Source: Candidatus Eiseniibacteriota bacterium (GTDB lineage Bacteria; Eisenbacteria; RBG-16-71-46; JACRLI01). Taken from it: a DNA stretch of 64,000 nucleotides. A model generated the notes under the pieces. The model ran no database searches. It was not told where the DNA came from and was given only the letters and a program-made list of their open reading frames with translations. How positions within the stretch are numbered: position 1 is the stretch's first letter; each line of letters opens with the position of its first letter. This document shows positions 23,275-31,929 of the stretch, one piece after another. The stretch spans positions 9,257 through 73,256 of the forward strand of contig JACRLI010000022.1 in assembly GCA_016235265.1 (NCBI GenBank), read 5' to 3'. The translations under genes and the position numbers were made by a program.

Positions 23275-26200
23275 ATGGCCCCTCCTAGGGAATGGTTGGA
23301 AAATTCAGGCAGCGAAGCCCACGCGGACCCGGCTGATCGTGGACCGGCGAATCCGGAAGCCGTCGGGGACGTGAACTTCGCGGGCGCCCACTTCGGAAAC
23401 GCGGTCGGATACTACGCGCAGGCCCTCGAGGCTGCAGCGTCCGGCCCGGAGCCGGGTGAGCGTGTGCGCCTGTTGCTCAAAATCGCCGATTCACATCGCC
23501 TGCATGGCGCGCACTCGCTCGCCCTGGAGGCACTCGCGCGTGCGCTCGGGGAGCTCGAGGGCCTTCCGGAAGGCCCCGATCTGGGCCGGGTGCTCGCGCG
23601 GCAGGCGAACGTGCTCAACTACTGCGGTCGCTACCCGGAGGCCATGGAAGCCGGCCTCCGAGCCTACCAGTTGCTGCGGGACTCCAGCGAGAACCAGGAG
23701 ATCGGCAACCTCGAGCTGGCGCTCGGCGTCAGCCTGGCGCGGCGCGGGGATTTCGGCGGAGCCCGGGACTACTTCGAGCGCGCGCTCGGCACCTTCCGCC
23801 GCATCGAGAACGAGGAGGGCGAGGCGCTCGCCTACAACAACCTCGGCCTGGTGGCCAAGAACTCCGGCGATCTCGAAGGCGCCCTTCGACACCTCGAGCG
23901 CGCGCTGCGCGTGAACGAGCGCCTGGGCAACTACGCCCGGGTGACCACCCACTGCCTCAACCTCGGCATCGTGCGGTTCAAGCTCGGCGAGTGGGACATC
24001 GCGCGCGAGTACCTGCAGCGCTGCCTGGGCATGGCCCGTGACACCGACGACTCCCTGGCCCGCGTGTCGGCCCTGAACTCGCTGGCCTGCCTCCACCGGC
24101 GCCGGCGCGACTTCACCGCGGCAGAGGAGGCCCTGGACGAGGCCCTGAGGCTTTCCGCGGTGCGGGGCCACCTCCGCGAGCAGGCGCTGGCCCAGGAATT
24201 CCTGGGCGACCTGATGCTCGAGATGAACCGGCTGGAGGACGCCGACCGGCTGTACGCCGAGGGTCTCGCGGCCGTGGAGAAGCTGGCCCCCGAGGGTGAC
24301 GTGGCCCTGGAACTGCTGCGCCGGCAGGGCGACCTGCGGCTGCGCCAGGGCCGGCTCGCGGAGGCCGAGGCGTGCGGCCGCCGCGCGCTGGAGCTGGCCC
24401 GCCGCCAGCACGACCGGCTCGAGGAGGCGACCTGCTGGCGCCTGCTGGCCCTGGTCGCCGGCGCCCACGACGACGTCGCCAACTACACCGCGCTCATGGA
24501 CCAGGCCATCCGGCAGCTCTCCGACGTGGGCGAGCGCTTCGAGCTGGCTGCGACGCTGCTCGCGGCGGGTTCGCTGGAGCGCCGGCTCTTCGAGAAGGAG
24601 CGCCAGGAGAACCTCGCCGAGCGCGCGTCGCGCCACCTGCGCCGTTCCAGCACCTTGTTCGTGTCCTTCGACTGTGAGTACTACCTGGCCCACGTGACCA
24701 TGGAGCTGGCGCGGCTGGACCTGGCGCAGGGCAGGCTGGACCAGGCCCTCGCCGAGCTGGACGAGAGCCTGACCTACGCCGGGCCGTTCCGCTCCTCGCT
24801 CGAGCCCGCCGCCGCGGAGTTGCGCGCGCGACTTCAAGATGGCTTTGTCCGCGGCTCCGCCTCCCCGGCCAATGACTTCCGCCTGCTGGAGGAAGTGAGC
24901 CGGATGTTCCGAGAGTCGCCCTCCAGCGACTGGAGCACCGGCCTGGTGGAGTTGCTGGCGAAGCGGCTGCCGGCGGACGCGGTGTTCCTGGCGGAGGCCG
25001 ATGGAACCGACTGGGTGGTGCGCGCGCGGCATGGAGTGGACGGCCAGTCGGCGCTGTCGCTGGCCGCGGCTTTCGGCGCCCCGGCGGCGCCGGGCCGCCC
25101 GGTGTTTTCCACGCGGCCGTCGTCCGACCCGCTGCTCCCGGAGGCGGTCTCCACGCTGCTGGCCCCGATGGGCTCCGTGGCGGCGCTGCCCTTCGGGGTC
25201 GCCGACCACGTGCGCGGTCTGTTGTTTGTGGGCCGCACGCTGCGGGGCCCGGTGGGCCCGCTGCGCCAGCGTGAGCTGGACCTGCTGGTCGCGCTCACCA
25301 ACCTGGCGGCCGCCGGCGCGGTGGAAGCGCGCCGCCAGCGGCTGTGGGAGGAGAACAAGAACCTCCGGGCGCAGCTCCAGGTGGCCACCGCCGACGGCAT
25401 TGTGACCCAGAACCCGCAGATGCTCGATATCCTGGCGCTGGTGGACAAGGTCTGCGACGCCACCGCCAGCGTGCTGGTGCAGGGAGAGACGGGGACCGGC
25501 AAGGGGCTGGTCGCCCGCGCCATCCACCAGCGCGGCGTGCGCCGCGACCGGCCCTTCGTGCCCATCAACTGCGCCGCGCTGCCCGAACCGCTGCTGGAGA
25601 GCGAGCTCTTCGGGCACGTCACGGGCGCGTTCACCGGCGCGCACCGCGACAAGCTGGGGTTGTTCGAGGAGGGCGAGGGCGGGACCGTGTTCCTGGACGA
25701 GGTGGACCGGCTCTCCGAGGCGGTCCAGGGCAAGCTCCTGCACGTGCTCGACCGGGGCGAGATCCGCGCCGTGGGCGCCAACCGCTGGAAGAAGGTGAAC
25801 GTCCGCGTGATCTGCGCCACCAACGCGGACCTGAAGCAGCGGATCTCCGAGGGGCGGTTCCTCGAGGACCTGTACTACCGCCTGAATGACATCCTGATCC
25901 AGGTCCCGCCCCTGCGCGACCGACGCGAGGACATCCCGCTGCTGGCGGACTTCTTCCGCCGCCAGTTCGCCGGCCAGTTCAGCAAGGAGATCGGCGAGTT
26001 CACCCTGGAGGTCCGCCAGCACTTCCTGCGTCACCAGTGGCGCGGCAACGTGCGCGAGATGGAGAAGGTGGTCAAGCGCATGGTGGTGCTGGCAGACGCC
26101 GGCTCGGATCTGGGCGCGGACCTGCTGCCGGAGGAGTTCTTCGAGGAGCGCCCGGTCATCAACGGCGTCCGGGGCAAGCTCTGGGCGCAGGTGGCCGACA

Positions 26201-26355
26201 CCGAACGGCGCGTGATTGCCCAGGCCCTCGAGGAGTGCGCATGGAACAAGAGCCAGACCGCGCGTGAACTTGGCATTTCCTACCCCGCACTGCTTCAGAA
26301 GGTGAAACTCTTCTCGCTCGACCGGCGCAGCAGGGGCAAGAGTCTTCACAAATAG
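23275..26355 (+). CDS. sigma-54-dependent transcriptional activator with N-terminal TPR repeats and GAF domain
   Basis: 1026 aa. ~400 aa of TPR-like repeats (ALAYNNLGLV.., VTTHCLNLGIV..), then a GAF-like region. AAA+ sigma-54 domain with GETGTGKG Walker A and GAFTGA. C-terminal Fis HTH (QTARELGISYPALLQKV). Confidence 0.85.
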   Translation: MAPPREWLENSGSEAHADPADRGPANPEAVGDVNFAGAHFGNAVGYYAQALEAAASGPEPGERVRLLLKIADSHRLHGAHSLALEALARALGELEGLPEGPDLGRVLARQANVLNYCGRYPEAMEAGLRAYQLLRDSSENQEIGNLELALGVSLARRGDFGGARDYFERALGTFRRIENEEGEALAYNNLGLVAKNSGDLEGALRHLERALRVNERLGNYARVTTHCLNLGIVRFKLGEWDIAREYLQRCLGMARDTDDSLARVSALNSLACLHRRRRDFTAAEEALDEALRLSAVRGHLREQALAQEFLGDLMLEMNRLEDADRLYAEGLAAVEKLAPEGDVALELLRRQGDLRLRQGRLAEAEACGRRALELARRQHDRLEEATCWRLLALVAGAHDDVANYTALMDQAIRQLSDVGERFELAATLLAAGSLERRLFEKERQENLAERASRHLRRSSTLFVSFDCEYYLAHVTMELARLDLAQGRLDQALAELDESLTYAGPFRSSLEPAAAELRARLQDGFVRGSASPANDFRLLEEVSRMFRESPSSDWSTGLVELLAKRLPADAVFLAEADGTDWVVRARHGVDGQSALSLAAAFGAPAAPGRPVFSTRPSSDPLLPEAVSTLLAPMGSVAALPFGVADHVRGLLFVGRTLRGPVGPLRQRELDLLVALTNLAAAGAVEARRQRLWEENKNLRAQLQVATADGIVTQNPQMLDILALVDKVCDATASVLVQGETGTGKGLVARAIHQRGVRRDRPFVPINCAALPEPLLESELFGHVTGAFTGAHRDKLGLFEEGEGGTVFLDEVDRLSEAVQGKLLHVLDRGEIRAVGANRWKKVNVRVICATNADLKQRISEGRFLEDLYYRLNDILIQVPPLRDRREDIPLLADFFRRQFAGQFSKEIGEFTLEVRQHFLRHQWRGNVREMEKVVKRMVVLADAGSDLGADLLPEEFFEERPVINGVRGKLWAQVADTERRVIAQALEECAWNKSQTARELGISYPALLQKVKLFSLDRRSRGKSLHK

Positions 26356-26504
26356 CTGGAAACGTTCTTTCTAATCCCACCTTGTTGTCCCGCAATCACT
26401 TGAATCCCATCCCGATCCAAATTGTGAATTTCATTTCCAGGAATGACCCCCGGGCGATCCCGACCCGGTTGCCCGGGTGATTCGATGCGTGTCATCCAAC
26501 ATAT

Positions 26505-26525
26505 TGCAGGACAACACGTTCTGCA
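26505..26525. promoter_or_regulatory. inverted repeat TGCAG-N11-CTGCA ~40 nt upstream of the sigma-54 -24 element (candidate enhancer/UAS)
   Basis: tgcaggacaacacgttctgca; its position is consistent with an activator or IHF site. Confidence 0.25.
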
Positions 26526-26560
26526 CGAATCCCAAGCGTGCTTCGCGCCGCAATGTGATA

Positions 26561-26576
26561 TGGCACGGGCATTGCG
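26561..26576 (+). promoter_or_regulatory. consensus sigma-54 (-24/-12) promoter TGGCACG-N4-TTGC
   Basis: TGGCACGGGCATTGCG matches the RpoN consensus exactly (GG at -24, GC at -12). It lies 205 nt downstream of the sigma-54 activator gene and is flanked by a GCAATG...CATTGC inverted repeat. Confidence 0.6.
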
Positions 26577-27045
26577 ATAGCAGGTAGTCGGAGGGGGGGG
26601 ACCTCCAAGACAAGTCCACCTGGGCCGGTCGGCCGTCGGGGCCGCCAAAAAAGGCAATAGCCCGGTCCACGAGACGCACCAGGTAGCTCCGCACCGACCT
26701 GCCCGGGAGACTTGTTCCAGACCCAGTTCTTTGAGATGCCATTCACCATTGTGCGCGCGAAGACTCCGGAAGTCCTGCCCGGGCTCCCCGGAGCGCGCGG
26801 TCCGGTGAGCCGCTTCAGAGATTCAGGGGGTCCCGGCTCACCTGCGATCGGGTACCTCGGAGGCACACGAGAGACCCGGCAGCCGCCTCGGAGCGCGCAC
26901 CTTAATGGGACGTGCCGGCCACGGAGAGGGCCGGGGCGTTACAGATCTCGAAGATGGGGTGTCAGTGACCTCGGCGCGCGACCACCGAAACGGATATGTT
27001 CCGGGCGGCGCCCTGGTGGATGTGGAGACTGATACCTCGTCTCTT

Positions 27046-27077
27046 GGGCCGCGACTCCGCAAACGGGGTCGCGGCCC
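27046..27077 (+). terminator. 10-bp GC stem-loop (GGGCCGCGAC...GTCGCGGCCC) inside the 1 kb non-coding region
   Basis: Perfect 10-bp stem with a 12-nt loop, ~480 nt downstream of the consensus sigma-54 promoter. Could mark the 3' end of a non-coding transcript. Confidence 0.3.
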
Positions 27078-27321
27078 GCTTCATCTCCGGGCGGGACATC
27101 GGGGGCTCGTGGCCACGGGCCTGGACCGGAGTCCCGGGCCCGTGCGCTGACCTCAAGACTCGCCGCCTCCGACCTGTCGCATTCCCGTCACACCCGGGAG
27201 CCGGGGCGTCACACACATGGTGACCCGTGCCGCTTCGCAGGCCGCCCGGCCAGCGCCCGCCACGCCGCGATCCACTTGCTTTTTCATCGGTTACGGCAGA
27301 CCCTCCGCACTGGGGCGCCGC

Positions 27322-27336
27322 TGGCACGCGCCGTGC
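27322..27336 (+). promoter_or_regulatory. sigma-54-like promoter TGGCACG-N4-GTGC directly upstream of the lipoprotein gene
   Basis: TGGCACGCGCCGTGC; the -12 element is GTGC rather than TTGC. The predicted TSS is ~20 nt upstream of the ATG at 27369, which is preceded by a GGGAGAAGGGAGGG RBS. Confidence 0.5.
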
Positions 27337-27368
27337 GATACATCCGGGTGGGAGAAGGGAGGGAACAC

Positions 27369-28190
27369 ATGAAGAACGCCATACTGCTTCCCGCACTGCT
27401 GATCGCCGGTCTTGCCGTCGCCGGGTGCGACGAGCGTCACTGGGTGGCTCCGGCCGCGCCGCGGGGTGTGTACTCGGTGACCGGGGACGGCAAGGTCTCG
27501 GTCTACTGGCAGGCGAACACCGAGAAGGACGTCCGCGGCTACAACGTGTACTGGGCCCCCGGCAGCAGCAAGGGCACGGGCCCGTACAAGAAGCTGGGAT
27601 TCACCTCGCACACCCAGTGGATGGACACCGACGTTTCGAACGGCGTCACCTATTACTACGCGGTGACGGCAGTCAACGACGGCGGGATGGAGAGCGAGCT
27701 CTCGGCCGCGAACGTCCATGACACGCCGCGTCCGGCGGGCGCCAACCTGCCGTTGTACAACGCGTGGTACGACGAAACGCGCGGCGGGGACTACAGCTCC
27801 AAGAGCGGGCTGCGATTCGACACCCAGCCGCAGTTGCTCAGCTGGCGCAACCTGAAATGCGACGTGTACTACTACGGTGCGCCCGGCAACCCGTACCTGT
27901 ACGCCGGCGACGTGGACACCCAGATCCAGGACATGGGCCCGGCGGCCTCGCTCGCGGACATCGACTTCGCGCCGCTCGACGGCTGGTCCGCCACCGGCAA
28001 GGTCACGGTGACCCGGGGGCACGCCTACGTGGTGTGGACGCGCGACAACCACTATGCAATGGTGATCGTCAAGGACCTGACGGACGATCGGGTGCTCATG
28101 GACTGGGCTTTCCAGGTGGACCAGGGGAACCGGGAGCTGAAGCCGGTCTCCCCCCGCGCGGGCGACCGCGCCGCCACCTCGGTGAAGTGA
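27369..28190 (+). CDS. lipoprotein with fibronectin type III domain
   Basis: MKNAILLPALLIAGLAVAGC lipobox. FN3-like segment (VYWQANTEKDVRGYNVYW...YYYAVTAVNDGGMES). C-terminal ~150 aa unassigned. Confidence 0.7.
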   Translation: MKNAILLPALLIAGLAVAGCDERHWVAPAAPRGVYSVTGDGKVSVYWQANTEKDVRGYNVYWAPGSSKGTGPYKKLGFTSHTQWMDTDVSNGVTYYYAVTAVNDGGMESELSAANVHDTPRPAGANLPLYNAWYDETRGGDYSSKSGLRFDTQPQLLSWRNLKCDVYYYGAPGNPYLYAGDVDTQIQDMGPAASLADIDFAPLDGWSATGKVTVTRGHAYVVWTRDNHYAMVIVKDLTDDRVLMDWAFQVDQGNRELKPVSPRAGDRAATSVK

Positions 28191-28200
28191 GGAGAACGCC

Positions 28201-29742
28201 ATGAAACTGCGGACCCTGGGGCTTCTGCTGGCGCTGGCCGGGATGGCCCCGGCCGCGGCCGGGGCGGTGAGTGTGAAGGCGGCCGCTCCGCGACCCGCGC
28301 ACATCGAGACGGCCGCCGCGCGCCTGGTGGTGGACGTGTGGACCGACCGGGGCGAGGGTGCGGTGTACCGGGTGGGGGACGCCATCCGGGTGCACTTCCG
28401 GGCCTCGCGTGACTGCTACGTGGTGATCTACAACGTGGACACCGAGGGCCGTGCCCACCTGCTGTTCCCATACCGGCGCTTCGACCCGCACTGGGTCGAG
28501 GGCGGGCGAGACTACGTGCTGCCGGCACCTCGCTCCACCTACGAGCTCACGGTGCAGGGACCGGCGGGGGTGGAGTACGTCCAGGCGCTGGCGAGCCTCG
28601 AGCCGTTCCAGCAGCTACCCGACTACCTCGATCCCGAGTACGACCCGGGCGATTACGACCTGGACCGGACCGACTGGCGCAACGGGGGCCAGCTGGCGGG
28701 CGACCCGTTCGTGGGGATGGAGCGGATCAACCGCGCCATCCTGCCCTACGACTGCGACGAGGACGACTGCTACTCGGCCGCGTACACCAGCTACTACGTC
28801 GAGAGGAAGGTGTCGTATCCGCGCTACGTGTGCGCCGACTGCCACGGGCCGTATGCCGCCTACAGCTACGACCCGTACGGCATGCAATGCTCGGTGTTCG
28901 AGATCCGGGTGGACTACGACTGGCGCTGGCGCAACCACTGGCCGTTCTACGGCGCGCCCTACTGGTACTACTTCCGGCGCAACGACTGTCCGCCGCGCTA
29001 CTTCACGTACAAGCCGCGCTGGTCCAGCGAGGATGGTTGGGTCCACTTCCGCGACAGCTTCGGCGAGCGCGTGCTGTGGAAGAAGAACCCCGGGCCGGAC
29101 CCCAAGGCCGGAAATTCCCCGCCGCGCTGGGACGGGCGCAAGGACTCGCCTCCGCCCTCGGCGCTGCCCGGCATGGGGGACCGCCGGCGCACCGTCCGCA
29201 CCCAGCCGGTGAAGGAGAACATCCGCGAAGTCGCGCCCGGCAGCGAGCCCGTCCGGTTCCGCTCGCGCAGTCGCGACCTGGCCCCGCCCGACGCGCCCCG
29301 GGTGGAGAAGCGCCGCGTGCCGCCGGATGAGGCCCCGCCGATCGTGAACCGGCGCTCCAACCCGCCCGAGGGGCAGGAGCCGCCGCGCGGCATCGAGGGA
29401 CGCCGTGGCGAGGCCCGGGACCCGGCCCGCGATCCGGCCCGCCAGGAGACCCGCGAGCCGCGCAAGGACACCGAGGCCCGCCGCGACCCGCCTCCGCCGC
29501 GCCGCGAGGAGCCTGCCCCCCAGCCGCGCCAGGAGCAGGCCCCGCCGCCACCGCGCCGCGAGGAGCCGGCCCCCCGGCCGCACCGGGAGGAGGCCGCACC
29601 GCAGCCGCGGCGCGAGGAGGCGGCACCACAGCCGCGGCGCGAGGAAGCCGCGCCCCAGCCGCGCCGGGAGGAGACCGCGCCCCGCAGGGAGGCCGCGGCT
29701 CCCGAATCCCGCCGGAACGACGAGCCCCCCCGCCGCCGGTAG
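28201..29742 (+). CDS. secreted DUF4384-domain protein with Cys/aromatic-rich middle and Pro-Arg-Glu tandem-repeat tail
   Basis: Signal peptide. N-terminal block VYRVGDAIRVHFRASRDCYVVIYNVDTEGRAHLLFP matches my recollection of the DUF4384 family (unverified). A single CxxCH (CADCH). The C-terminal ~170 aa consist of degenerate PRREEAAPQ repeats. Confidence 0.65.
   Translation: MKLRTLGLLLALAGMAPAAAGAVSVKAAAPRPAHIETAAARLVVDVWTDRGEGAVYRVGDAIRVHFRASRDCYVVIYNVDTEGRAHLLFPYRRFDPHWVEGGRDYVLPAPRSTYELTVQGPAGVEYVQALASLEPFQQLPDYLDPEYDPGDYDLDRTDWRNGGQLAGDPFVGMERINRAILPYDCDEDDCYSAAYTSYYVERKVSYPRYVCADCHGPYAAYSYDPYGMQCSVFEIRVDYDWRWRNHWPFYGAPYWYYFRRNDCPPRYFTYKPRWSSEDGWVHFRDSFGERVLWKKNPGPDPKAGNSPPRWDGRKDSPPPSALPGMGDRRRTVRTQPVKENIREVAPGSEPVRFRSRSRDLAPPDAPRVEKRRVPPDEAPPIVNRRSNPPEGQEPPRGIEGRRGEARDPARDPARQETREPRKDTEARRDPPPPRREEPAPQPRQEQAPPPPRREEPAPRPHREEAAPQPRREEAAPQPRREEAAPQPRREETAPRREAAAPESRRNDEPPRRR
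29488..29700 (+). repeat. in-frame 24-nt tandem repeats encoding (P)RREEAAPQ octapeptides
   Basis: ccgcggcgcgaggaggcggcaccacag-type units repeated about 8 times with drift at the 3' end of the DUF4384 gene. Confidence 0.7.
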
Positions 29743-29788
29743 CCCGCAGGCGGATACGACAAACCTATATCACGTAAGTGCCTACGAC

Positions 29789-29830
29789 GCGCCGCCCGGG
29801 CTCCCTGACCGGGCGGCGCGCCGCTTTGGG
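29789..29830 (+). terminator. rho-independent-like terminator (11-bp GC stem + GCCGCTTTGGG)
   Basis: GCGCCGCCCGG-loop-CCGGGCGGCGC followed by a short T-run. It overlaps the 12-bp perfect palindrome GCGGCGCGCCGC, upstream of the MerR-family gene. Confidence 0.5.
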
Positions 29831-29903
29831 AAGACCTGACTTGACCCGCGCAGGGGAATCCTTTACGGTGAAATCAAATCTAACCCATACGTGAGAGTGC
29901 GAG

Positions 29904-30497
29904 ATGGAAAACCCGATGCGGGAGCCCATGGAACTGCTGAAGATCGGTGACCTCGCCCGGCGCTCGGGCAAGAGCGTGCGCGCGCTGCACCTGTACGAGG
30001 AGCTGGACCTGCTCCGACCGGTCACGCGCACCACGGGGGGTTTCCGCCTGTTCGACGAGGAGGCGCTCCGGCGCATCCACTGGATCGGGCTGCTCCAGGA
30101 AATGGGGCTCTCGCTGCAGCAGATCCGGGAGTTGCTCCAGAACTGGTGGAGCCACGAGCTGGGGCCCGCCGCCATGCGGCGGGTCCGCGAGGTCTTCGAG
30201 TCCCGCCTGGAGGACGCCCGCCGCCAGGCGCGCCGGTACCAGTCGCTGGCGCGCGAGCTGGAGAGCTCCATCCGCTACATCGAGACCTGCAGCAGCTCGT
30301 GCTCCCCGTTTTCGGACGTGGCCACGTGTACCCGGTGTCCGCATGACCACGGAATGACCGAGGAGCCGGCGCTGGTCGCCGGCCTCCACATGCTCAACCC
30401 CCACGGGCGCGCCCGCGCCGGGGAGCTCGTCCAGATCGAGGCGAGCCCCGCAGCCGGCGCGCCCTCGTCTTCATCGCCGGAGGGCGCCGCCGAATGA
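29904..30497 (+). CDS. MerR-family transcriptional regulator with Cys-rich C-terminus
   Basis: N-terminal HTH LKIGDLARRSGKSVRALHLYEELDLL, a coiled-coil dimerisation helix, and C-terminal CSSSCSPFSDVATCTRCPHDH. It overlaps the first suf gene by 4 nt. Confidence 0.8.
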   Translation: MENPMREPMELLKIGDLARRSGKSVRALHLYEELDLLRPVTRTTGGFRLFDEEALRRIHWIGLLQEMGLSLQQIRELLQNWWSHELGPAAMRRVREVFESRLEDARRQARRYQSLARELESSIRYIETCSSSCSPFSDVATCTRCPHDHGMTEEPALVAGLHMLNPHGRARAGELVQIEASPAAGAPSSSSPEGAAE

Positions 30498-30814
30498 TCA
30501 CGCTGACCCCCGCCGCCGTTGTGCGGCTCAAGGAAGTCATGGCCCGCGAAAAGCGCGAGGCCGTGGGCCTGCGCATCGCCGTTCAGGGTGGCGGCTGCTC
30601 GGGCATGAGCTATGTCATGGAATTCGGTGCGGAGAAGCCGGGCGACGAGACATTCGAGTTCGGGGGCGTCCGGGTGCACGTGGACCTGAAGAGCTATCTG
30701 TACCTGAACGGCACCGAGCTGGACTACGTGGAGGGACTGATGGGCGCCGGGTTCAAGTTCAACAACCCGAACGTGAAGCGCAGCTGCTCGTGCGGCGAGA
30801 GCTTCACGGTATGA
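30494..30814 (+). CDS. sufA: Fe-S cluster insertion protein, HesB/IscA/SufA/ErpA family
   Basis: C-terminal CSCGESF plus an upstream conserved Cys (GGGCSGMSY); 106 aa. Confidence 0.88.
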   Translation: MITLTPAAVVRLKEVMAREKREAVGLRIAVQGGGCSGMSYVMEFGAEKPGDETFEFGGVRVHVDLKSYLYLNGTELDYVEGLMGAGFKFNNPNVKRSCSCGESFTV

Positions 30815-31059
30815 GCGCGCCGTCCGCCGGTGCCCGGGTGACGTTCGACCTGTCCGAGGTGCTCCCCGGCCGGGTGGAGGAGGCTGCCTTCAAGGCGGCG
30901 CTCGAGGGGCACGACTGGACGCGCTACCGCGGCGCCGAGCTGTGCCTCACCGGGTGCGCGCCCCTGTGGACCTACGTGTACGTCGCCGTGCGTGCCGCGG
31001 AGCACGCCGCGACGGTGAGCGTGGACGATGGAAGCGAGAACGGCGTGCGGGTGCGGTGA
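30811..31059 (+). CDS. conserved-looking small hypothetical protein (83 aa) embedded in the SUF operon
   Basis: ATGA overlap with the sufA stop. Strong GC3 codon bias and a CLTGC motif. No family recognised. Confidence 0.45.
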   Translation: MSAPSAGARVTFDLSEVLPGRVEEAAFKAALEGHDWTRYRGAELCLTGCAPLWTYVYVAVRAAEHAATVSVDDGSENGVRVR

Positions 31060-31111
31060 TGCCCGGAGCGCCCTGGAACATCACGAACCGCCGCTTGGCG
31101 AAGGACGCAGC

Positions 31112-31888
31112 ATGAACCCGGCGAACCTGATCGTGAAGGACCTCCACGTCAGCGTGGACGGCAAGCCGATCCTGAAGGGCCTCAACCTCGAGGTCCGCAA
31201 GGGGGAGGTGCACGCCATCATGGGACCCAACGGCTCCGGCAAGAGCACGCTGGCCAACACCATGATGGGCAACCCGAAATATGTCGTGGACCAGGGTGAC
31301 ATCCTGCTCGACGGCCAGAGCATCCTCGAGATGTCGGTGGACGAGCGGTCGCGCAAGGGCCTGTTCCTGGCCTTCCAGTACCCCACGCCCATCCCGGGCG
31401 TGAGCGTGGCCAATTTCCTGCGCACCGCGCTCAACGCGCGCCGCAAGGAAGAGGGCCTGGGCGCGATCCCGGTCAAGGAGTTCCGGGACCTGGTGAAGCG
31501 GCACATGGCCACGCTCAAGATGGACGATTCCTTCGCCGGCCGCTACCTGAACGAGGGATTCTCGGGAGGGGAGAAGAAGCGCGCGGAGGTGCTCCAGATG
31601 GCGGTGCTCCGCCCCCAGGTGGCGGTGCTGGACGAGACCGACTCGGGGCTGGACATCGACGCCCTCAAGATCGTCTCGGACGGCGTGAACGCGCTGCGCG
31701 GACCGGAACTGGGCGTGGTGGTGATCACCCACTACCAGCGGATCCTGAACTACATCACCCCGGACTTCGTCCACGTGCTGGTGGCCGGGCGCGTGGTGCA
31801 TTCCGGCGGGCCGGAACTGGCGCACGAACTGGAATCGAAGGGCTACGACTGGCTGCGTGAACCCGAGGCGGAGAACATCGGGGCCTGA
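31112..31888 (+). CDS. sufC: Fe-S cluster assembly ATPase SufC
   Basis: GPNGSGKST Walker [12 protein letters not shown] signature, Walker [10 protein letters not shown]; 258 aa. Confidence 0.93.
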   Translation: MNPANLIVKDLHVSVDGKPILKGLNLEVRKGEVHAIMGPNGSGKSTLANTMMGNPKYVVDQGDILLDGQSILEMSVDERSRKGLFLAFQYPTPIPGVSVANFLRTALNARRKEEGLGAIPVKEFRDLVKRHMATLKMDDSFAGRYLNEGFSGGEKKRAEVLQMAVLRPQVAVLDETDSGLDIDALKIVSDGVNALRGPELGVVVITHYQRILNYITPDFVHVLVAGRVVHSGGPELAHELESKGYDWLREPEAENIGA

Positions 31889-31929
31889 CCCCGGAGCCGG
31901 GCCCGCGGGCCGGATCGGAGTACGACATC

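Noticed and set aside
26712-27150. Small ORFs (106 aa, 81 aa) inside the 1 kb gap downstream of the sigma-54 activator
   Set aside because: No RBS, Gly/Arg/Pro-rich composition, overlapping in different frames. More likely non-coding sequence.
28840-28860. CxxCH (CADCH) in the DUF4384 protein as evidence for a c-type cytochrome
   Set aside because: A single motif in a Cys-rich segment is insufficient. It is noted as a feature but not called a cytochrome.
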